Positions 58,171-64,000 of a DNA stretch of 64,000 nt are shown piece by piece. Both the position numbers and the translations under genes were made by a program. The stretch spans positions 105,368 to 169,367 of the forward strand of contig DATION010000002.1 in assembly GCA_035473115.1 (NCBI GenBank). Direction: 5' to 3'. The stretch's first letter is position 1, and each line of letters opens with the position of its first letter. A model generated the notes under the pieces. That model had not been told where the DNA came from, ran no database searches, and saw only the letters and a program-made list of their open reading frames with translations. The DNA comes from Candidatus Udaeobacter sp. (GTDB lineage: Bacteria; Patescibacteriota; Patescibacteriia; Magasanikbacterales; GWA2-37-8).

Positions 58171-58980
58171 ATGACTAAAACCTTATCTCTTACAGCCGAA
58201 AAAACAATTCATGATTACCTTAATCTGCCTTTCACCGGCATCTACGGCGTACGCTGCCCTTATTTTAATAATTCCAAACTCGGTCAGCGAGGACAGTTAA
58301 GAGTTTTAATCGGCAAAGGCTCACCGGAAGAAATTGTGGAAGAAGCAAAGATAATTTCCACCCAATACCACAAAGATATTTTTGATAAGAACGGAGTTTT
58401 TAACGCGCATACCGATCACCCGGCCGAGCATGAACAAATAGAATGCATACGACAATTTTTGATAGAAAATAATTTGGGCATAGATTGCTCCGGCTTTGTT
58501 ACTCATGTTCTGCAAAAACATTTTCAAGAAACAAATAATATTAATTTGGTCAAAAAACTTTTTATTACCTCAAAGAAAAATTTCTGCCGCTGGCTTATCA
58601 GCCGCCTGCGTCCGATTGAGCAAATTGATGTAAATGTCTATGCTAATGACAAAAATACCATAGTAATAAACGATTTACGGGCAATTGAACCTGGTGATTT
58701 GGTTATTATGTTAAAAACCGGACCAAGAAAAACCTATAACCACATTTTGCTTATAGAAGAAGTAGATGGAAATAAAATTAAATACGCGCAATCCCGCGCT
58801 TGGCCCAGCGATGGCCGCTACGGACATGGCGTAGCCCAAGGTTTTATTACAATTAATAATCCGGAAAAAAATTTGCTGGAACAAACCTGGGAAGAAAAAA
58901 ATAAACTAAATGAAGAAAACGAAACTTATTTAGAAGCCAAACAGGCTGAAGTTTTAGAAATTAGAAGAATTAAATTTTAA
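58171..58980 (+). CDS. NlpC/P60-like cysteine hydrolase or transferase, no signal peptide
   Basis: GIDCSGFV, PGDLVI and NHILLI (Cys/His dyad). Confidence 0.7.
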   Translation: MTKTLSLTAEKTIHDYLNLPFTGIYGVRCPYFNNSKLGQRGQLRVLIGKGSPEEIVEEAKIISTQYHKDIFDKNGVFNAHTDHPAEHEQIECIRQFLIENNLGIDCSGFVTHVLQKHFQETNNINLVKKLFITSKKNFCRWLISRLRPIEQIDVNVYANDKNTIVINDLRAIEPGDLVIMLKTGPRKTYNHILLIEEVDGNKIKYAQSRAWPSDGRYGHGVAQGFITINNPEKNLLEQTWEEKNKLNEENETYLEAKQAEVLEIRRIKF

Positions 58981-59060
58981 TTGTCATTCTGAACAAAGTG
59001 AAGAATCCCTGTCTCAAACACCGAATGGACAGAGATCCTTCGTTCCACTCAGGATGACAA
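58981..59060. repeat. Palindromic element, family A, copy 3 (intergenic)
   Basis: TTGTCATTCTGAACAAAGTGAAGAATCCCTGTC...GACAGAGATCCTTCGTTCCACTCAGGATGACAA, starting immediately after the upstream stop codon. Confidence 0.82.
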
Positions 59061-59073
59061 ACTAAACAATTTT

Positions 59074-60189
59074 ATGAATTTACAATTAATTCAACAAGCT
59101 CTAACTTATTTAATTTTTTCCGCTGTCGGAGCGTTTGTTTGGTCGCCACTGCTTATCAAATTTTTATATAAATACAACATCACTCGCCGCGATGAATTTG
59201 ATTTTACCCTTAAAGGTGATCGCAATAAAAAAATTGGCACACCAATTATGGGCGGACTGCTTGTGATAATTACGGTAACGTTAATTACTGTGTTCTTTAA
59301 CTGGAACCGAGAAAGTACTTATGTGCCTATGGGTGTGATGGGGATTGCAGCGCTGCTGGGAGCGGCCGATGATTTATTAAACATTTTTGGCAAAAAACGC
59401 CGCGAACGAAAAATCTCGCATATTATAAATTTAATAAAACTGCACAAACAATGGTATATGCGTTTGTGGTATATCTTTATTTTGCCTTGGGAAATTTTTA
59501 GAAAACTGGCTTCCATGCTTGGCTCTCACCCTGGCCGAGGTATTCAAGTTCACGAAAAACTATTGTTTCAATTCTTGGCCGGAGCGGTTACGGCTTGGTG
59601 GATATATTTTAAATTGGGAATTTTTTGGCACTCTTTATGGATGCCGTTTGACGGCCAACCATTTATTGGCTGGTGGATAATCCCAATTGTCATTTTTTTC
59701 GTAATGTTTACCGCTAATGCCGTGAATTTTGCTGATGGTTTGGATGGTTTGGCTGGCGGATCACTGATCATAACTTTCTTGGGCTTAATGATAATCAGCT
59801 GGACTGAAGGCCGAGTCTCTTTTACTATTCTTAATGCTACAGTTGTTGGTGCTTTAATGACTTACACTTATTTTAATGTAAAGCCAGCCAGGTTTCAGAT
59901 GGGAGATGTAGGTTCCTTGGGGTTAGGCGCATTGTTAGCTATTAACGCCATTGCCGTAAACCGCACGATGCTTTTGCCGTTTCTCGGTTTTATTTTTTAT
60001 ATAGAAATAATTTCTGTACTTATCCAAGTTTTCTGTCGCCGTTTGCTGGGAAAAAGATTTTTTAAGATGGCACCGCTACATCATCATTTTGAATTCCATG
60101 GCTGGAGCGAAGAAAAAATCGTGATGCGTTTTTGGCTAGTGCACGCGTTTTTTGTAATTCTAGCAATTTGGATGAGTTTGTATAAATAA
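59074..60189 (+). CDS. mraY: Phospho-N-acetylmuramoyl-pentapeptide transferase
   Basis: KIGTPIMGG, ADD, NAVNFADGLDGL, MGDVGS and MAPLHHHFE. Confidence 0.95.
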   Translation: MNLQLIQQALTYLIFSAVGAFVWSPLLIKFLYKYNITRRDEFDFTLKGDRNKKIGTPIMGGLLVIITVTLITVFFNWNRESTYVPMGVMGIAALLGAADDLLNIFGKKRRERKISHIINLIKLHKQWYMRLWYIFILPWEIFRKLASMLGSHPGRGIQVHEKLLFQFLAGAVTAWWIYFKLGIFWHSLWMPFDGQPFIGWWIIPIVIFFVMFTANAVNFADGLDGLAGGSLIITFLGLMIISWTEGRVSFTILNATVVGALMTYTYFNVKPARFQMGDVGSLGLGALLAINAIAVNRTMLLPFLGFIFYIEIISVLIQVFCRRLLGKRFFKMAPLHHHFEFHGWSEEKIVMRFWLVHAFFVILAIWMSLYK

Positions 60190-60249
60190 TTAAAAAAGCA
60201 TTATATAATTTGTTAATTTTTGCAGTGGTCATCGCACCTCCGGGTAGGC

Positions 60250-60268
60250 GTCCCGACAAAGTCGGGAC
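60250..60268. repeat. Short GC-rich hairpin (possible third mini-repeat type)
   Basis: GTCCCGAC-AAA-GTCGGGAC within a GC-rich patch of an AT-rich spacer. Confidence 0.45.
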
Positions 60269-60313
60269 AGTTTGACCACAAAAAAATTAACAAATTATAT
60301 AATGATCCATGAT

Positions 60314-61042
60314 ATGTACCTAAGCTGGCAAGAGAAAACTTTAACTGAATTTAATGACACAGATATAGAAAATGCCTATGACCAAGGCTTTGTTTTTACG
60401 CGTATTGGTAGAGGAGTAATGAATCAAACGAGAAGCTTACGAATCGATTTAGCCAAATTTGAATTATCTTCGGAAAACCGCCGTATCTTGAATAAAACTG
60501 AAGAGTTGAATTTATCTGTAGAGCCAATCCCCTATGCCGAATACGAATGGACAATCCATAAAATGGGCAAGGAATTTTACGAAACAAAGTTTGGAGATAA
60601 AGTTTTTAGCGCGCAAAAAATAAAAGAGCTGATCACAGACAAGGAAAAAAGTAATTTTAATAAATTATTTGTTTACGCTGTCATCCCGACCGCAGTGGAG
60701 GGATCCCTTAAACCACAAAGTATAAGGGATTCTTCGACTCCGCTCCGCTCCGCTCAGAATGACAAAGCGACGCCGATTGGTTACTGTATTACTTTAGAAA
60801 CCAAAAATATTTTACACTACTGTTACCCTTTTTATGACCTGGCTTTAAACTTTCCTAACTTAGGGATGGGCATGATGCTCAAAGCAATTGTTTGGGCAAA
60901 GGAAAACAATAAAAAATATATTTATTTAGGCTCATTCCAACGGCCAACTGACACTTACAAACTGCAATTTGCTGGATTAGAATGGTTTGAAGGAACAGAA
61001 TGGAAAAATGATTTAGAAGAATTAAAATTAATAAACTTATAA
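60314..61042 (+). CDS. ATE1/Bpt-like aminoacyl-tRNA transferase (GNAT fold)
   Basis: GFVFTR...SLRIDLAKFELSSENRRIL resembles ATE_N; PFYD...LG...AK...KYIYLG...YKLQF..LE resembles ATE_C. Start is 60302 or 60314. Confidence 0.7.
   Translation: MYLSWQEKTLTEFNDTDIENAYDQGFVFTRIGRGVMNQTRSLRIDLAKFELSSENRRILNKTEELNLSVEPIPYAEYEWTIHKMGKEFYETKFGDKVFSAQKIKELITDKEKSNFNKLFVYAVIPTAVEGSLKPQSIRDSSTPLRSAQNDKATPIGYCITLETKNILHYCYPFYDLALNFPNLGMGMMLKAIVWAKENNKKYIYLGSFQRPTDTYKLQFAGLEWFEGTEWKNDLEELKLINL
60679..60764. repeat. Palindromic element, family A, copy 4 (in-frame inside the ATE-like gene)
   Basis: 86 bp TGTCATCCCGACCGCAG...CTCAGAATGACA, translated as VIPTAVEGSLKPQSIRDSSTPLRSAQND. Confidence 0.88.
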
Positions 61043-61049
61043 CTATAAT

Positions 61050-61673
61050 ATGACAATAAATATAACCACTACTATACTAGAAAATATTAATACTGTAGCC
61101 CAATCCATAATCGCTCTTTGCTCTATATTTGCACTTAATTTAATAAGAATTGCAAAAACAGACATACTAACTCGTTCACAACGTGAAGCAGCTACATCCG
61201 CATTACAAAAAATTGAAGAGTTTAAAAAAATTTTAGTATTATACCTCGAATTCAATAAAACATTGCATGAGCACAACATACAAGCATACAATGAAGAATG
61301 CGGGGATTTTGTTGCAACATCTAAAGTTCTTAGGTGGGGTGGAGTTTCAAATAACAAATGCATGAACGCAGCAATTCGGCTAGCAAATGACCTTGAGTGC
61401 TTCTCAGCATATTTTATGCATAGAGTAGCTGATGAAGAAATAGCATTTACACCCACATCAATTGAATTCTGTGCAGCAGTAAAAAGTATATACCCTTATA
61501 TATCATCAATGAGAGATAGTGAAACGCATAATTTATATAAAAATGTAATTCAACTATATCAAATTTGGTTTAAAAGAATAAAAAATGAAAATATAAAAAA
61601 ACAAATGGTAACATTATCTAAGGAACTAGAAACAAACACTCCAAAAATCAATCCTCCAATTGGGACTAAGTAA
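61050..61673 (+). CDS. DUF4760-like hypothetical protein
   Basis: N-terminal TM, then AN.LE.F...F...VADE...Y.N...LY..W; very AT-rich. Confidence 0.55.
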   Translation: MTINITTTILENINTVAQSIIALCSIFALNLIRIAKTDILTRSQREAATSALQKIEEFKKILVLYLEFNKTLHEHNIQAYNEECGDFVATSKVLRWGGVSNNKCMNAAIRLANDLECFSAYFMHRVADEEIAFTPTSIEFCAAVKSIYPYISSMRDSETHNLYKNVIQLYQIWFKRIKNENIKKQMVTLSKELETNTPKINPPIGTK

Positions 61674-61679
61674 AAAATC

Positions 61680-63140
61680 ATGAAAAATAAACATATTCAT
61701 TTTATCGGCATCTGCGGTGTGGCCATGAGCGCTCTAGCGATCGCTTTCCATAAAGAAGGCTGGGAAGTTACTGGCAGCGATGTCGGATTCTTTCCGCCTA
61801 TTTCTGATTATTTAAAAAATAATAATATTTCTTTTTATCCGGGCTGGCACCCAGAAAAAATGACAGCTAACGGCAATCCGGATATTATCGTGGTTGGCAA
61901 CGTGGCCGGATCGGCAAACCCGGAATTTATTTACGCCCGAAAAAATAACTTGAATTATAAATCTTACCCGGAAGTTATTGCCGAATATATTGTGCAAAAA
62001 AATTCCCTTGTCTGTGCCGGTACTTATGGCAAAACTTCCACTACCGCTCTACTGACTCTTATATTAGAAAAAGCCGGCATCAACACATCATATATGTTCG
62101 GTGGTTTAAGTTTAAATTTGCCAAACAGCGCAAAAATTATTCCCCGCTTGGGCGGGGAAGACCTAGACGACCAACCCACCCCTACCCCGCCCAAGCGGGG
62201 AATTGACGGGTGGAGTGTGCTTGAGGGCGACGAATATAAAACTGCTCGTTGGGACAGTCGGCCAAAATTTAAACTCTATTCCCCTACCCATCTTTTACTC
62301 ACTTCCGTATCTTGGGACCATGCCGATATTTACCCAACTGAAGAAACTTATCTACAGGCATTTAAAGATTTGGTTGGCATGATTCCAAACAACGGATTGA
62401 TTGTTGCCTGCACTGATGATTTAAAAATTAAAAATGTTTTAAAATCAAACACCAATGAAACAAAAATTGTTACTTATGGAAAAAATGAACCAGCTGATTA
62501 TTGTTATGCAAATTTAAAACAAACCTCTGCCGGAATTTCTTTTACAATTAAACACCAAAGTAAAGAAACAGTTATTCATGCTCCGGTTTTGGGTGAACAT
62601 ATGGCTGAAAATATCTGCGGAGCTTTTGCTCTGGCCAAAGAAATAAATATTGATGAAGAAGTAATTATTAATACTATCGCTGAATTTAAAGGTATAAAAA
62701 GGAGATTGGAAAAAAGAAGTGAAGGAAAGATTGCTATTTATGACGACTTAGGCCATTCTCCAACCAAAGCTGCTGCCACCTTAAAAACCTTGCGAGATAT
62801 ATACCCTACCAACAAAATAATCGCTATTTTTGAACCAAATACCGGCAATCGCAAATCCCAATCCGCGCCAAGCTATGCCAATGCATTTAATAATGCCGAT
62901 GAAGTTATTATTCCTTTACTGACAAAAATAAAAATTGATCCTAATGACATTGATCCGCCATTTGATGGAGAGAAATTAGCAGAAATAATTTCTCAAACTC
63001 ATCCAAATACAATATTTATCGATAATGACGACAAATTGATTGAACATGTAAAAAACAATACCAAAAAAGAAGACATTACTGTCTTCCTTGGTTCGCACGG
63101 ATTTAGAGGAATGATTGAAAAACTAATGGAAACGAATTAA
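61680..63140 (+). CDS. Mur ligase, Mpl/MurC-like
   Basis: HIHFIGICGVAM, AGTYGKTSTT, EGDEY, WDHADIY, GIKRRLE, DDLGHSPT and FEP. Confidence 0.88.
   Translation: MKNKHIHFIGICGVAMSALAIAFHKEGWEVTGSDVGFFPPISDYLKNNNISFYPGWHPEKMTANGNPDIIVVGNVAGSANPEFIYARKNNLNYKSYPEVIAEYIVQKNSLVCAGTYGKTSTTALLTLILEKAGINTSYMFGGLSLNLPNSAKIIPRLGGEDLDDQPTPTPPKRGIDGWSVLEGDEYKTARWDSRPKFKLYSPTHLLLTSVSWDHADIYPTEETYLQAFKDLVGMIPNNGLIVACTDDLKIKNVLKSNTNETKIVTYGKNEPADYCYANLKQTSAGISFTIKHQSKETVIHAPVLGEHMAENICGAFALAKEINIDEEVIINTIAEFKGIKRRLEKRSEGKIAIYDDLGHSPTKAAATLKTLRDIYPTNKIIAIFEPNTGNRKSQSAPSYANAFNNADEVIIPLLTKIKIDPNDIDPPFDGEKLAEIISQTHPNTIFIDNDDKLIEHVKNNTKKEDITVFLGSHGFRGMIEKLMETN
62139..62203. repeat. Palindromic element, family B (in-frame inside the Mur ligase gene)
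   Basis: Perfect 19-bp inverted repeat ATTCCCCGCTTGGGCGGGG / CCCCGCCCAAGCGGGGAAT, translated as IPRLGGEDLDDQPTPTPPKRGI. Confidence 0.85.
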
Positions 63141-63143
63141 AAA

Positions 63144-63308
63144 TTATTTGCCTTCATCCACGACTTCGCAAACAATCTCGTTGGCATTCATCTCATTGAC
63201 AAGTAATGTAATTCCGCAAACATTGCACTCAATTACATTGCCGACCGCCAAGTTGGAATAACTGGAAAAATCAACGTCATTTTTGCATTCTGGACAGATA
63301 AGTTTCAT
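63144..63308 (-). CDS. Unannotated LysW-like zinc-ribbon protein (54 aa) ending in -VVDEGK
   Basis: Hand translation MKLICPECKNDVDFSSYSNLAVGNVIECNVCGITLLVNEMNANEIVCEVVDEGK; upstream promoter present. Confidence 0.8.
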   Translation of the reverse strand: MKLICPECKNDVDFSSYSNLAVGNVIECNVCGITLLVNEMNANEIVCEVVDEGK

Positions 63309-63336
63309 AAGGTTAAAATAATGTTAGAATGACAAT

Positions 63337-63364
63337 ATTATACGCCATATTTTAGACAAGTCAA
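63337..63364 (-). promoter_or_regulatory. sigma70 promoter of the LysW-like gene
   Basis: TTGACT-16-TATAAT on the minus strand. Confidence 0.65.
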
Positions 63365-63371
63365 GTTTAAC

Positions 63372-64000
63372 ATGATTACCCCTCAATCACAAGCCAAACA
63401 GCTAGCCCAAACTCTCGGTTTAACTACCGAGCTGTATTTAAAGCGCGAAGATTTGCACCCATACGGTTCTCACAAGGGCAGATCCATACCGCTAATGATT
63501 GAACATTATACCAGTAAAGGTAAGGCTAATTTTTGTATTTCATCATCTGGCAATGCCGCCCTAGCCGCAATTTATGCCATAAAAAAAATTGGATCAAAAC
63601 TTAATTTACAAATTTTTGTCGGTAAACATATTGATTCAAAAAAACTAACCAAGCTGCAAGAGTTAGTTGGCGATTTAAAAAATATAACTATCAAACAAGT
63701 TGAGAATCCAAAACAATCAGCTTTTCAGATGGAAAAAACTGGCCAAGCTAAAAACTTACGCCAATCAACTGACGATTTGGCTCTAATCGGCTATGAAACT
63801 TTAGCAGATGAACTGATGGAAATAAAAAATCTAGCCGCTATTTTTATTCCTACTTCCAGCGGCACGGCAGCTCAAGGTTTATACAATGCTTTTAAAAAAT
63901 ATAATCTTAACCCACAAATTCATATCGTGCAAACTTCGGCTTGCCACCCAATGGTTGAATCTGATATCCAAACAAAAAATTCATTAGCCACAGCCATTGT
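63372..64000 (+). CDS. Fold-type II PLP enzyme (threonine synthase/cysteine synthase family), 3' truncated
   Basis: Hand translation MITPQ...LYLKREDLHPYGSHKGR...ISSSGNAALA...IFIPTSSGT. Confidence 0.85.
   Translation, partial: MITPQSQAKQLAQTLGLTTELYLKREDLHPYGSHKGRSIPLMIEHYTSKGKANFCISSSGNAALAAIYAIKKIGSKLNLQIFVGKHIDSKKLTKLQELVGDLKNITIKQVENPKQSAFQMEKTGQAKNLRQSTDDLALIGYETLADELMEIKNLAAIFIPTSSGTAAQGLYNAFKKYNLNPQIHIVQTSACHPMVESDIQTKNSLATAI

Noticed and set aside
44727-60764. CRISPR array or IS elements as the source of the repeats
   Set aside because: Copies are dispersed rather than tandem with spacers, and there is no cas or transposase gene in the window.
61043-61456. 137-aa minus-strand ORF
   Set aside because: Antisense to the longer, operon-oriented ORF 61050-61673.
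63144-64000. Canonical LysW-dependent lysine/arginine biosynthesis operon
   Set aside because: The carrier lacks the terminal EDWGE and no lysZ/Y/J/K homologues are in the window. They could lie beyond the right edge.

Overview
AT-rich bacterial chromosome segment using genetic code 11, with compact genes and mostly no Shine-Dalgarno (SD) motifs. Gene content suggests Patescibacteria/CPR (inference). Housekeeping genes include clpB, uppS, gltX, ddl, an ACD/OFOR/flavodoxin fermentation module, serS, lysS, greA, mreBCD-mrdA, a UvrD-nuclease fusion, a complete F1Fo ATP synthase operon, metG, iscS, thiI, rlmN, transketolase, an LTA-synthase-like protein, murB and mraY. Genes converge at about 13-15 kb on a Xer-type recombinase and a 28-bp 11-6-11 dif-like site, probably the replication terminus. 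Main leads: (1) a cell-wall cluster (56.9-64 kb) with an ATP-grasp enzyme, an NlpC/P60 protein, MraY, an ATE/Bpt-like aminoacyl-tRNA transferase, an Mpl-like ligase, a fold-II PLP enzyme and an unannotated LysW-like protein ending in -DEGK instead of -EDWGE; (2) two families of 65-86 bp palindromic elements, three copies of which sit in-frame inside enzyme genes and one of which supplies the thiI stop codon; (3) an unannotated 42-aa, 11-Cys metallothionein-like ORF; (4) three stand-alone mini-genes sharing a promoter/SD/ORF/double-hairpin layout. No rRNA, tRNA, CRISPR array or transposase was seen. All family calls come from motif recognition by eye; no searches were run.
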